Positions 50,481 to 62,890 of a stretch of DNA of 64,000 bases are shown here, in pieces; the stretch's first letter is position 1; each line of letters starts with the position of its first letter. The translations under genes and the position numbers were made by a program. Source of the DNA: Malacoraja senta (lineage: Eukaryota); assembly GCA_038087875.1 (NCBI GenBank), contig CM075989.1, positions 4,154,001 through 4,218,000 on the forward strand. Reading direction: 5' to 3'. Under the pieces are notes generated by a model. That model worked only from the letters and a program-made list of their open reading frames with translations, was not told the DNA's origin and did no database searches.

Positions 50481-50917
50481 AACCCATTGACCATAAAACG
50501 AAAAACTGAAACAAAAATTACATAACTAGGGTTGCATTCCCCGGAATTTAAGCAGTCAAGGATTATTTTGATTGAAGCTTTCAAAGTATTAAGAGGAATT
50601 GATGGAGTAGATAAAGAGCGAGCCATTCTGCATTTTGAGGAATCTAAAAGGCTTGGAGGCAGGATCTTTTAAAGTTGGAGGCAGGTCCATCTCTGACGGC
50701 TCTAATGTTCAACCTTCCTTCCTCAATGTCAATTATTAATATTAACTCTGTGATTGATAGATTCTTGGTGATGCGATTGTACAATTGGGGATATGGGAAA
50801 GGCCTGCTGCATGGATTCAGATCACAAATCAGTCATTGTATTCAATGGTAAAACAGGCCTGTTAGGCTACATATCTCAGGTGCCTTTGTTCCTATATATT
50901 TCCTTTTAACTTGATAT

Positions 50918-51216
50918 AGTTTAGTTTAGGTGTGAGATACAGTGCGGAAACAGGCCCTTCAGCCCACTGAGTCCACACCGACCAGCGATCCCCACACACT
51001 TACACTATCCTACACACACTAGGAACAATTTTACATTCATACCAAGCCAATTAACCTACAAACCTGTACGAATTTGGAGTCTGGAAGGAAACGTAATATC
51101 TCGGAGAGAACCCACGCAGGTCGCGGGGAGAACATACAAAATCTGTTCAGACAGCACCAGTAGTCAGGATAGAACCCAGGTCTCTGGCACTGTGAGGAAG
51201 CAACTCTACCGCTGCG
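50918..51216 (-). mobile_element. tRNA-derived SINE
   Basis: Reverse complement of the HE1-type unit. Confidence 0.85.
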
Positions 51217-51282
51217 TAGAGTAAAGCTCCCTCCAAATATTGTGTGAAGATCTTTCATAACTAGGTAAATACAGAGACTTGT

Positions 51283-51500
51283 GGAATTCATTGCCACAGA
51301 AGTTGTGGAGGTCAAATCTATGGATATTTCTAAGGTGGAGATTGATAGGTTCTTGATTAGCAAGGGTGTCAGGGGTTATGGGGAGAGGGCAGGAGAATGG
51401 GGTTGAGAGGGAAAGATATACCTGCCATAATTGAATGGCAGAGTAGACTTGATGGCCTGAATAGCCTAATTCTACTCTTATAACATGATCTTATGAACTT
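51283..51500 (+). mobile_element. CR1 LINE 3' end
   Basis: GGAATTCATTGCCACAG...GGTTATGGGGAGAGGGCAGGAGAATGG. Confidence 0.75.
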
Positions 51501-51996
51501 ACCTTTGTATAATATTGTGCATGACATAAGTCTTAAGTACCATAGAGGGCCCTTGATTTTGAGGAGAGGGGTAATAAGAATAACTGGGGCTTTGAAGGTA
51601 CAGATAAAGGAGTGTTTGATGGTACCTTGACTGTGTGGAGGGTAGTGGCTTGTTCAAGTGCTAAATGAAGGGAGTTCCCATGAGGAAGGCAAAAGATTGA
51701 AGGCTTTGGGGGCATAGAGAAATTTGGAGAAATTGGGAGATGAATTATTTGAGAAATATGGATTGAATGAAGAATAATCTATTATAGGAAATGAAAAGAC
51801 CATGGAGAACAAAGGTGAGTGTTTCTTGAACAAGAGATTGAATCAAGAGGCTTGCACATTCAACCACTGATCAATGACTCAATTTAAATTGTATTGTAGA
51901 AAGTTGAAGCTTGGAGGTTTGCAAGTTGAAGCTTGAAGTGGTGCAGGTTGTGGGAAAGGTGTTGATTGTCACTTCATTGGCAACATGTGGAAAGAA

Positions 51997-52545
51997 GGGT
52001 GGCTTCAGCTGTAGAGTTGCTGCCTTACAGCGCCAGAGACCCGCGTTCAATCCTGACCACGGGTGCTGGCTGTACGGAGTTTGTACCTTCTCCCTGTGAT
52101 CTGTGTGGGATTTTTCTGGGAGCTCTGGATTCCTCCCACACTCCAAAGACGTACAGGTTAATTGGCTTGGTAAAATTGTAAATTGTTCCTAGTGTGTGTA
52201 GGATAGTATTAGCGTACTATTGAATCTGTGGAAGGGTCTCGACCCGAAACGTCACCTATTCCTTTGCTCCATAGATGCTGCCTCACCCGCTGAGTTTCTC
52301 CAGCATTTTTGTCTACCTTAAATTCTATTGACATGTTTTTGTCGCAATTGTCTTTTATAACTATTGCAAAATATTTTGCATACAACCCAACGTTTAAGAA
52401 ACATTTAGACAGGTACAGAGATAGGATAGGTTTAAAGGAATATGGGCCAAAAGCAGGCAGGTGGGACTAGTGCAGATGAGACATGTTGTCGGTGTGGGCA
52501 AGTTGGACTGAAGTGCCTGTTTCCACGCTGTGTGACTATGATTCC
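51997..52545 (+). mobile_element. SINE (51997-52218), Penelope-like repeat (52230-52319), CR1 3' end (52393-52545)
   Basis: Standard units in series. Confidence 0.75.
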
Positions 52546-53749
52546 ATGCTCTGTAACAGATGCTTAGTATTTTCCTTTCCAAATTTCCATTGTTGTGAAG
52601 GTTGATGTTGTGACCAGTTTCTTTACAGTTAGTCTATATAGAAAACAAAGGAGATAATTGAATTGTCCACCTTTCTTTGCAGCTTCTATGGAAGGGTTAA
52701 GTATTTGCTAAGTCTTTGGGAGAATTCTCTGCCCCTGTATCAAATAATGTCTTGAGAACTTCTATCCAAATAAGCCATTGACAATTCCTCTAATTAGCAA
52801 TACTTTAATCAATCAAGCAAAGCAATACTCAATCAACCTTATCTTGGAGTATCCACTTTCAAATTAATTTGTTGGATTTGGTCATTTTTAGCAAGTGTCA
52901 TTGATGAGAAGGAAGGCTGGCTCAGTGTTTGCTCTTTCTGTCTCCAACAGATAGCAAATTAAATGGCTATGAGGAATCCTGATGTAGGATAGAGGAGACT
53001 TTTATGAACATGGTGGTGAAGCTATAGTAAGCAATATAATATTTCAAAATGTTTTAGATAGGCACGAAAGACACGGGTGTGATTTATGCTGAGGAGGATA
53101 GGGGAGTGTATTGTGCTGTAGGCAGTCATATAACCATGCAGTATGAAGAGGAATGATAAGGCATAGATAGCCACAGATGGTGATCCTTGGAAAATGTGTT
53201 GCTTGTGCTTTGTCTGAATAACAACCTTATTTGAGGGAATGGATAGAAAAATAATCAAGGACTCATGAGTATAATTGTGGAGACTTTTAATGGGTAATTG
53301 TTACTTCACCAAACATTTGCAAAAAAATCGTTACTTCACAAATTTATTCCAAATTCTGAAAACTATGTGTATGAAATAAAAATTTTAATCTCTTCCTTTT
53401 ATGGCATAAGATTATTTTGTCATCGTCATCTCTGTTATTCAATTACCTTCGCAGTTTACTTTGTTCATTTTCTTAATCAGTTGCAATTTTTTTAATCAAT
53501 TTTCCATTTAGATTTTTCAGTTCAAGAGGTAGTATTCTTGTGTGCAATAACCTTTCCTTGTAACTTTGACTTTCATTTCCAGTAAAACTATATTTGCCTA
53601 GAAATTGGTTGGCATGGGCAGCACAGAGATGCAGCGGTAGAGTTGTTGCCTTCAGGGCCTGCCCCACTAATTTGCGAGTTTAGGAGAGTCTAAAAAAGTG
53701 TCAGGGTCTTGTTGTATCGCCGAAGTAGAACACCTCCTACGACCTCCTT

Positions 53750-53981
53750 CGACTATGTAGAGAACCTCCTATGACTATGTAGAAGAACTATGTAGAAGAC
53801 TATGTAGAAGACTGTGTAGAAGACTATGTAGAAGACTATGTAGAACTATGTAGAAGACTATGTAGAACTATGTAGAAGACTATGTAGAAGACTATGTAGA
53901 ACTATGTAGAAGACTATGTAGAAGACTATGTAGACTATGTAGAGAACCTCCTATGACTATGTAGAAGACCTCCTTCGACTA
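53750..53981. repeat. (ACTATGTAGAAG)n 12-bp minisatellite with 9-bp variants
   Basis: Direct reading; internal to the transposon. Confidence 0.95.
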
Positions 53982-54464
53982 TAATAATAATAGATTTTAT
54001 TTTAAGGGCGCCTATACAGAAGTCTCTAGGACACCTTACAATTTAACAAAGAAACATATAAACATATAATCAGAGTAAAATAAGTTATAAAGACATCACA
54101 AATACATAAATTAAAAACAGAAATTTGATCCAAAGAAGACAACAACAAAATGAAGGGAGAGCAGCGGCAGCCAAACCGCACCAGCGTACACTCTCCCTTC
54201 CGACCGCCATGTTGGACATAGACTAACACAGACTAACACAGACACTTAACACTACACACAAAATCATCCCCCGACAATGGTTACCACTGTGGGGGAAGGC
54301 ACGATGTAGAACTATGTGGAAGACCTCCAGACTATGTAGAAGACCTCCTTCGATCTCCTTCGATCTCCTTCTATGTTGAAGACTAGCTTCGACTAGCTTA
54401 GGGAAAATTGGACTTCGGGAATAGTGGAGAGTGAAGACGATCACCTTCGACTACCTTCGACTAT

Positions 54465-54552
54465 ACTAACACTATCTACGACTACCTTCGACTACCTTCG
54501 ATTACCTTCGACTACCTTCGATTACCTTCGATTGCCTTCGATTACCTACGAA
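54465..54552. repeat. (CGA(C/T)TACCTT)n 10-bp minisatellite
   Basis: Direct reading. Confidence 0.92.
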
Positions 54553-55944
54553 TAACATGCCGACCTACGACGACCTACTTCGACTATGCCTGCGAGTAAA
54601 AAAAAAGCCTACGAGATTTTTTCCATGCCGACCAATTTTTCCTCGCGGACAATTTTCAGCATGCTAAAAAATACCCCTCGACCAAACTGAGGCCTCGAGT
54701 ATGCGGGAACTTCTCTCGAGCATCAAGGAGAGTTACATAGACCTCCTAGGACCTTGTGTCGACCATGCTGCGAGTTTGAGTCGAGCGCAAACTCTTCTAA
54801 ACTTGCAAATTAGGTCCCCGCAATGGGACAGGCCCTTTAGAGAGCCAGAGACCCCGATTCAATCCTGACTACGGGTGCTGTCTGTACGGAGTTTGTACAT
54901 TTTCCACATGACCAACATGGGTTTTCTCCGGGTGCTCCGGTATCCTCCCACACTCCAAAGACGTACAGGTTTGTAGGCTAATTGGCCTTGGTAAAATTGT
55001 AAAATTGTAAAATTGTCCCTGGTGTGTAGAATAGTGTTAGTGTGCGGGGATCGCTGATCGGCCAAAGGTCCACCGCGCAGTTTCTCTAAACTAAACTAAA
55101 CTAATTTATAGAGGCTCTTCCATCAGACATGCAGTGGGGTAACAAAACATTTGTTGACAAAGTCACTGTTGGAAAGTTCAGTCACTAGTTTAGCCATGGG
55201 CCATGAATAGATCTCTAATTGGTGTGCTTTAACATTGCCGAACATGCAAATTGAATTAATGTAGGGGTTGGGGTCAAGCCCATTGTGGGGTAGACATGGG
55301 ATGGGGTGGGGATGGAATCAAGGATTGGGAACGGGAGTCTGATTAAGAGATGGGGGGCTCAGGGGAGAGGGTTAGTTGTAATAGAATGTAACAGTCGGAT
55401 CATTAGTCAGGTGGGGATGAGTAGATGGATGGGGGTCATTCATTTCATTCATTTTTCATGTGTTCGGTGTTCCTTTTCTTTGCTCTCATATCCCTCTCCC
55501 CTGACTCTCAGTCTGAGGAAAGGTCTCAACCCAAAATGTCAGCTTTCAACACAGGGATGGGCTGATTTGTGATTAAGGCATAAGGGAGATGGTGCGATTC
55601 AGGCACAGTCTGAACCTCATTGGAGTCAGAGAGGGAGATGGGTGGATCCAAACAACCGCTCACTAATTACCTAATTATGAGGGATGAACTTTATTCACCA
55701 CTTTTCATGCCCAACATCCTCAGTACATTAGTGCATCAGATGCCTGCAGGAAGTGGAGAGAAAATTACAGACTTTGCACAGCTCCCACAAAGTCCCTAAT
55801 GTTTTTTAGATGTTCTATTTTCTGTTCAAATTATACTGTGTAGTGCACAAAATCCTGGCACCGTGTAGTATAATTACTTGGCAGTTTTGCTTTCAATGCT
55901 AATTTATCCTTCCTATGATGAGAATTTAAATCTGTATGGAGCTT

Positions 55945-56730
55945 TGGCGGCAAAAACAAGGGGGCAGATTATTATCTCAATGGGGTTAGGTTAGGTAAGG
56001 GGGAGGTGCAGCGAGACCTGGGCTTCCTTGTACACCGGTCACTGAAAGTTGGCTGACAGGTACAGCAGGCAGTGAAGAAAGCTAATGGAATGTTGGCCTT
56101 CATAACAAGAGGATTTTAGTATAGGAGTAAAGAGGTTCTTCTGCAGTTGTATAGGGCTCTGGTGAGACCACATCTGGAGTATTGTGTACAGTTTTGGTCT
56201 CCTAATTTGAGGAAGGACATCCTTGTGATTGAGGCAGTGCAGCGTAGGTTCACGAGATTGATCCCTGGGATGGCGGGGCTGTCATATGAAGAAAGATTGA
56301 AAAGACTAGGCTTGTATTCACTGGAGTTTAGAAGGATGAGGGGGATCTTATAGAAACATATAAAATTATAAAAGGACTGGACAAGCTAGATGCAGGAAAA
56401 ATGTTCCCAATGTTGGGCGAGTCCAGAACCAGGGGCCACAAGCTTAGAATAAAGGGGAGGTCATTTAAGACTGAGGTGAGAAAAAACTTTTTCACCCAGA
56501 GAGTTGTGAATTTATGGAATTCCCTGCCACAGAGGGCAGTGGAGGCCAAATCACTGGATGGATTTAAGAGAGAGTTAGATAAAGCTCTAGGGGCTAGTGG
56601 AGTCAAGGGATATGGGGAGAAGGCAGGCAAGGGTTATTGATTGGGGACGATCAGCCATGATCATAATGAATAACGGTGCTGGCTCGAAGGGCCGAATGGC
56701 CTCCTTCACCTAGTTTCTATGTTTCTATGT
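55945..56730 (+). mobile_element. 5'-truncated CR1 LINE with one visible frameshift
   Basis: [24 protein letters not shown] and FFTQRVVNLWNSLPQ; (TTTCTATG) tail. Confidence 0.92.
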
Positions 56731-56919
56731 ATGGAGCATTTCAGAGAAGGCCAAACTAGTGTAAACACCTTTAAAAGGCAAGGTTAGTTTATTCCATCCA
56801 TTGTTTTTGTGCTATTTGGACATTTCTGCTCTTCTTTGGATCTGTAGTGATTTCAAGGACAAACACCTTTTGTGATTTGGCCCAATCCTCTTAAAATACA
56901 GTAATGACTGTGATTGCTA

Positions 56920-57445
56920 CAGTATTGTGAGCAATTTTGGGCCCCATATCTGAGGAAGATGTTCTGGTGTTGCAGAGGGTCCAGAGGAGGTTTACGAGAA
57001 TGATCCCAGGAATGAGTGGGTTAACATGAGCATTTGAAGGCGCTGGGATTGTACTCGCTGAAGTTTAGAAGGATGAGGGGGAACCTCATTGAAACTTACC
57101 GAATAGTGAAAGGCCTGGATAGAGTGGATATGGAGAGGATGTTTTCACTAGTGGGAGAGTCTGGGACCAGAGGTCTTGGCCTCAGAATTATAGGACGTTC
57201 CTTTAGGAAGGAGATGAGGAGGAATTTCTATAGTCAGAGAGTGGTGAATCTGTGGATTTTTTTGCCACAGATGGTTGTGGAGGCCGTCAATGGATATTTT
57301 TAAGGCAGAGATAGATAGATTCTTGATTAGTACAGGTGTCTGGGGTTATGGTGAGAAGGCAGGAGAATGGGGTTAAGTGGGAAATGATTGAATTGCAGAG
57401 TAGACGCGATGGGCCGCATGGCCTATTTCTGCCCCTATCACTCAT
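56920..57445 (+). mobile_element. Older CR1 LINE 3' fragment
   Basis: LGLYSLKFRRMRGNLIETYRIVKGLDRVD motif. Confidence 0.85.
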
Positions 57446-57747
57446 GATGAACTCAGAACATAATAATTTAATTCCATCCATCCATCAAGCTATTTGATTC
57501 CAAAGATAAATGGTGGCAAGTTCTGCTGGTAGGAAGAACTGTTCATCTTCAGATGAGGTTATGAACATAAGTGTAAATTAAAATGCTTTTGGCATTTGGC
57601 ATTGTTTAAATATGCCAATATATATTCCAGGAATAATTGGTAATGAAGGAAAATGAAAATAAGTGGTTTTTTTTTTGTTTGGCTTATGTTATGCAAAATC
57701 TCTTAACTGTTAGTAAATAATAGCATTATGACCTGTTGAGGTGTATT

Positions 57748-58850
57748 AGTTTATTATTGTGATGTGTACCACGATACAGTGAAAAGTTTTTGTTTGCATG
57801 CTATCTAATTAAATCTGATCATACGAGTACAATCAAGCTACGTACAAGTACAATAGTACCAGCAAAAAAAAGCTGAGTGCAGAACATAGTTTTACAGCAT
57901 TATAGCATTACAGTTACAGAGGAAAATTGCAGTGTGCACAATGAAGGTAGATTGGACTACACCTTACGGGCCTGTCCCACTTGGCCATCATTTGCGCCTC
58001 ATTTACGCGTCATATATAAAATAGGTTGACGCGTCATGACCCGCGACATTGCGCGTACATCAAGCATCATCATGCGTCATCACGCGTCAGCACAGCTGTC
58101 TGGTGCGCGTGACTCATTAGAATACCCTGCTTCCCTATTCTGCATCATGACCATCATGGAAGAACTACAGATGTTATTGCTACAGCAACAGCAGCAGCCC
58201 TCATACTTACAGATCAGCCAGGCGGGAGTACAACAAGAAAGGCTAGCAAGAAACCCAGGAAGAGGTCTGTGTGGACGAGGTTAGAGGTTACATGACATGT
58301 AAAATGCGGGCCGACTGCGTATGGGCGACGCGAGGCATCGCATGTTTACGGAAGTTGACGCACGGTGATGTAACCATGCGTCACCACCCGATACAGCGTG
58401 CGACGTCAATGCGTCAGCGTGCATAGCCAATGCGTCAGCGTGCGTACGCGATACGTCATGCAGGTGACGCGCGAGGATTTCGTTACACTACAAAATCCTG
58501 GAGCGCCGCGCGATACTGCACGCCACTGCATGCGATTCCATGCCTCACCATGCGCAATGTGTATGTCACCCACGAGCACCCCACGCTCACAACGCGTCGA
58601 CCTATTTTACATATGACGCGTAAATGAAGCGCAAATGACGGCCAAGTGGGACAGGCCCTTTAGCTGATGGGAGGACCATTTATTAGTCTGATAACAGAAA
58701 GGAAGAAGCTGTTTTTGCTGAATCTAGTCAGACGTGCTTTGAAGCTTTTGTATCTTCTGTCTGATGGGAGAGGATAGAATAAGGAATAATTGGCATGAGA
58801 ACAGTCCTTGATTATGTCAGCTACTTTCTCAAGGCAGCGTAAAATGTAGC
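57748..58850 (-). mobile_element. Rex/Babar-type LINE 3' fragment split by a MITE
   Basis: GTGTACCACGATACAGTGAAAAGTTTT end; GTCTGATAACAGAAAGGAAGAAGCTGTT continues after the MITE. Confidence 0.55.
57967..58659. mobile_element. PIF/Harbinger-type MITE
   Basis: About 68-bp TIRs (GGGCCTGTCCCACTTGGCC...ACGCGT); TTA duplicated at 57964-57966 and 58660-58662. Confidence 0.88.
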
Positions 58851-58851
58851 T

Positions 58852-59157
58852 TTGTTTAGTTTAGAGATACAGCGTGGAAACAGGCCCTTCGGCCTACCAA
58901 ATCCGCCCGACCAGCGGTCCCCGCACATTCACACTATCGTACACCCACTAGGGACAATTTACACATACACCAAGCCAATCAACCTTTATACCTGTACGTC
59001 TATGGATTGTGGGAGGAAACCGAAGATCTCTGATAAAATCCACGCGGTCACGGGGAGAACGTACAAACTCCATACCGACAGCACCCGAAGTCGGGATCGA
59101 ACCCGGCTCTCTGGCGCTGCAAGTGCTGTAAGGCAGCAACTCTACCACTGTGCCACC
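58852..59157 (-). mobile_element. tRNA-derived SINE
   Basis: Reverse HE1-type unit with a GGATCGAACCC B box. Confidence 0.85.
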
Positions 59158-59599
59158 ATGCTGTATGGGAGTCTGGTTGTGCAAGAAGTATTGTTGATTG
59201 AGCTGTTGGAGAAGGTGGAAGTAGGATTATGTGAAACACAAACACAAGGATCTAAGAATTGGACTCGTTGTCCCAAAATAAGTGCATTATCATAATTAAA
59301 TCTTTGCTGTTAATGTTTTTCAATACTTTGCAATGTGTTCTCATCCTGGCAAAGACCTCTTGCAAATTTGGTTTTAAAGTCTTTAGCTTCAGAGATGCTC
59401 TCCTGTCACTTTACATCCCTGTGAGTGGACCTCCCAGTGTTACACCCAGGAGCAATGCCATTGGGAACCTGGGATTCGTATATCAATAAATTTGCATTTA
59501 GCTATTATATCACAACTTATTTTGCATGTGCAACTATTTTAAAAGTGAAGCCAGTTATACAACCATGAGTACAAATTTGTATCTTGAAACTGTATAATA

Positions 59600-59850
59600 G
59601 GGCGGCACAGTGGCATAGCAGTAGAGTTGCTGCCTCACAGCGCCAGAGACCCAGGTTCGATCTTGACTATGGGTGCTGTCTGTACAGAGTTGTACATATG
59701 TACAAGTTTGTAGGTTAATTGGCTTCTGTAAAAATTGTGAAATTGTCCCTAGTGTGTAGGACAGTGCCAGTGTATGTGGATGATCACTGGTTGGTGCAGA
59801 ATCATTAGGCTGAAGGGCCTGTTTCTATCCTGTAACTCTAAAGTCTAAAC
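59600..59850 (+). mobile_element. tRNA-derived SINE with internal deletion
   Basis: TGGCATAGCAG A box, GGTTCGATC B box. Confidence 0.8.
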
Positions 59851-59859
59851 TGAGAATAT

Positions 59860-60412
59860 AAAGAAGACACATCAGCACCTCTACTTCCTGAGAAGATTAT
59901 GGAGATTCAGTATGTCAAAGAGGATTCTCTTGAACTTCTACAGGTGCACAGTAGAGAGCAGTCTGAAGAAGGGTTTCGGCCCGAAACGTTACCTATTAGC
60001 AGTCTGAAGAAGGGTTTCGGCCCGAAACGTTACCTATTACCAGTCTGAATAAGGGTTTCGGCCCGAAACGTTACCTATTACCAGTCTGAAGAAGGGTTTC
60101 GGCCCGAAACGTTACCTATTCGCAGTCTGAAGAAGGGTTTTGGCCCGAAACGTTACCTATTTCCTTCGCTCCATAGATGCTGCTGCACCCGCTGAGTCTC
60201 TCCAGCATTTTTGTGTACCTTCGATTTTCCAGCATCTGCAGTTCCTTCTTTAACACAGTAGAGAGCATATTGACTGGTTGCATCGTGGCCTGTTTCAGCA
60301 ACTTGAATGTCCAGGAGCGGAAAAGACTTCAAAATGTTTTGACCACTGCCCAGTCCATCACCGGCTCTGAACTCCCCATCATCGAAGGGATCTATTGAAG
60401 TCGCTGCCTCAA
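59860..60412 (+). mobile_element. Rex/Babar-type LINE ORF2 fragment split by a Penelope-like insertion
   Basis: LYFLRRLWRFSMSKRILLNFYRCTVES|ILTGCIVACFSNLNVQERKRLQ reads through once the insert is removed. Confidence 0.75.
59957..60253 (+). mobile_element. Penelope-like insertion with five tandem 41-bp hammerhead-like units
   Basis: Units start at 59957, 59998, 60039, 60080 and 60121; 14-bp TSD CACAGTAGAGAGCA at 59947-59960 and 60254-60267. Confidence 0.8.
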
Positions 60413-60466
60413 AAATCACCTTGTGACTAATTAGCAATCCAGATGATAGGGAGTGTGGGGAGAATA

Positions 60467-60774
60467 GTTTAGTTTAGTGATTCAGTTGTGGAAACAGGCC
60501 CTTCAGCCCATCGAGTCTGTGTTGACCAACAATTACCTGTCCACTAGTTCCATGTTATCCCAGTTTCATATCCCACACAATAGGAGCAATTTACAGAAGC
60601 CAATCCACCCACAAACCTGCACGTCTTTGGACTGTGGGGGGAAACCGGAGCACCCAGAGAAAGCCCATGCAGTCACAGGGAGAGCGTACAAACTCCATAC
60701 CGACAGCACCTTTGCTCGGGGTTGAACCTGGATCCCTGGCGCTGTAAGGCAGCAACTCTACCGCTGTGCCACCC
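60467..60774 (-). mobile_element. tRNA-derived SINE
   Basis: Reverse HE1-type unit. Confidence 0.8.
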
Positions 60775-60879
60775 ATTAAGTTACAGAGACAATTAGTGGA
60801 AGAATAGGATCACTCAGTGTGCCAGCATAGACAATGGGCCAAAGTAGCACCTTTTACATTGTAAGGAAATATGAAATGT

Positions 60880-61145
60880 CAAAGACTAGGGGTACATAGC
60901 CTTAAGATGACATGGATAAAATATAAAGGAGATGTGCGGGGACAACTTTTTTTTTTTTTGCACAACAGTGGGTGCCTGGAACACACTGGCAGGGGTAGTG
61001 GTGGAGGCAGATACTATAGTGGCGTTTCAGTGGTTTTTAGATAGGCACATGGATATGCAGGGAATGGGTCATATGCAAGCAGCGGGGATCAGTTTAATGG
61101 CATCATGTTCAGCATGTTCCCGTGCTGTACTGCTCTGTATTCTAT
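60880..61145 (+). mobile_element. CR1 LINE 3' fragment
   Basis: VGAWNTLAGVVVEADT motif. Confidence 0.7.
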
Positions 61146-61919
61146 TAAATGAAGGTTGTGGTTTAATGCTACTTAAAACAGTTTGTAAAGATTTCTTGAA
61201 CATGTCCCAATTCAGCATTATTTCTGCTCACAGCATCATTTCACTCAACAAATGCAGGTTAACCAATTACTAGGCAATGGCACATACTAAATCTATAATG
61301 CCAGCCGAGTGCTTTTTACTCTTAATGGTCAATGCCAGATATTCAACACCCTGCATATTGCCAGGGTTGTTGAGGAAGATGAGTGGGACCACCATAACAT
61401 TTTCAATCTTCATACTCCAAGCCTTTGACCAAGTTCAGGATACGCAGATCCTTTGCATTGGTGAAGCTGAAGCCATTTTATGGTCTCACATAGATTACGT
61501 CAGTGCAACTCAATACAAGATTGTGTGCCAAGTTTATATAGAGTTGACTACACATGAGCTGAAGCATCACGTTACAAGACCAATTGCAAAATAATTGCAG
61601 CCAAAACACACCCAACCATCTCTTTCCAAGACAAGATTATTCAGCATTTTTCTTTTTTTTTTTAACTACCTTCAGCTGTCGATTCTGACTTTCAATGGAG
61701 TTTGGATCCAAGGTTAACTGAGACACCTCAAACAAAAGGCTACTCTCCACATGCAAACTAAGATAGTAGCACATAGTTTCACCAATAACAATCAAAGAAG
61801 GGTTCCTCATAGGAAATTCATTTTCTACTTATTAATATTTCTACTCAAATGCAGCTCTGTTAGATTTAAAATCTAATTGTCATTGAATGCATACTGCTGA
61901 AATTGGAATTTTGAAAAAT

Positions 61920-62118
61920 TAACAAATTGCTGGAGTAACTCAGCAGGCCAAGCAGCATCCCCGGAGAACATGGATAGGTTATGTTTCAGACTGACAGAAG
62001 GGTCCTGACCTGAAACGTCAACTATTCATGTTCTCCAGGGATGCTGCCTGACCCGTTGAGATACTCCAACATTTGCATCATGTTTTGTAAACCAGGATCT
62101 GCAGTTCCTCATTTCTAC
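61920..62118. mobile_element. Palindromic Penelope-like repeat pair, degenerate
   Basis: TGCTGGAGTAACTCAGC...GATGCTGCCTGACCCGTTGAG. Confidence 0.65.
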
Positions 62119-62151
62119 ACTTGGAATTTTGCAAATTGGAGAGCGCTTCTC

Positions 62152-62490
62152 AAGAGTCAAGAGAGTCAAGAGTGTTTTATTGTCATATGTCACAGATAGG
62201 ACAATGGAATTCTTACTTGCTGCAGCACAACAGAATATGTAAACATAGTACATAACGGGAGAAGAAAAAAAGTTCAGTGTGTATATATACACATGCACAC
62301 ATACTCAATAAATAAACAAATATAGTGCAATTAAATAATAGTCTGTTGTAGTTCAGAGCTTACCTGATGGCTGTAGGGAAGAAGCTGTTCCTGAACCTGA
62401 ACATTACCGTTTTTAGGCTCCTGTACCTGCTTCCTGATGGCAATGGTGAAATGAGTGTGTGGCCAGGATGGTGTGGGTCTTTGATGATGT
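62152..62490 (-). mobile_element. Rex/Babar-type LINE 3' fragment with (TCTTGAC) tail
   Basis: AAGAGTCAAGAGTGTTTTATTGTCATATG...; reverse of RFRNSFFPTAIR. Confidence 0.65.
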
Positions 62491-62599
62491 TGAACACCAA
62501 ATGGGCAGAGATAGAGTTGCAAAAGAAGATGGTGGTGGATGTGGGCTGGTGATGGTGCAGGGCAATGCATTAACGTGCATCCGAACGTGTTAAACCAGC

Positions 62600-62890
62600 C
62601 CACAAGAAAAACTAGGACTTTATTCCTTGGAGCACAGGAATCTAAAGGTGATCTTATCATGCATAAAATCATAATTAACATCATATGATCATGAGGCGAG
62701 TTGATAGGGTCTTTTACCCAGTGTACATAGAACCAGAGGACATAGGTTTAAGGTGAGAGATGGGATATATTTAATGAGAAACTGAGGGGCAATGTTATCA
62801 GAAAGAGAGTGATGGAAATATGGAACGAGCTACTTGTAGTAGAGGCAGGTACCACTGTATAACAACATTTAAAAGGCATTTGGACAGTTG
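62600..62890 (+). mobile_element. Degenerate CR1 fragment (its 3' end resumes ~63230-63338)
   Basis: AACCAGAGGACATAGGTTTAAGGTGAGA...TGGAACGAGCT. Confidence 0.65.

Larger units (their letters stand above)
53654..54836. mobile_element. Non-autonomous PIF/Harbinger-type DNA transposon
   Basis: TIRs AGGGCCTGCCCCAC..TAATTTGCGAGTTTA / TAAACTTGCAAATTA..TGGGACAGGCCCT; 3-bp TSD TTC/TTA at the SINE's TTA; internal minisatellites. Confidence 0.8.
53615..55103 (+). mobile_element. tRNA SINE split by a DNA transposon (halves 53615-53653 and 54837-55103)
   Basis: GCAGCGGTAGAGTTGTTGCCTT| ... |TTAGAGAGCCAGAGACCC rebuilds the SINE head. Confidence 0.85.

Noticed and set aside
59957..60161. CRISPR-like array (also 53750-53981)
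   Set aside because: Units are contiguous with no unique spacers, there are no cas genes, and the context is vertebrate.
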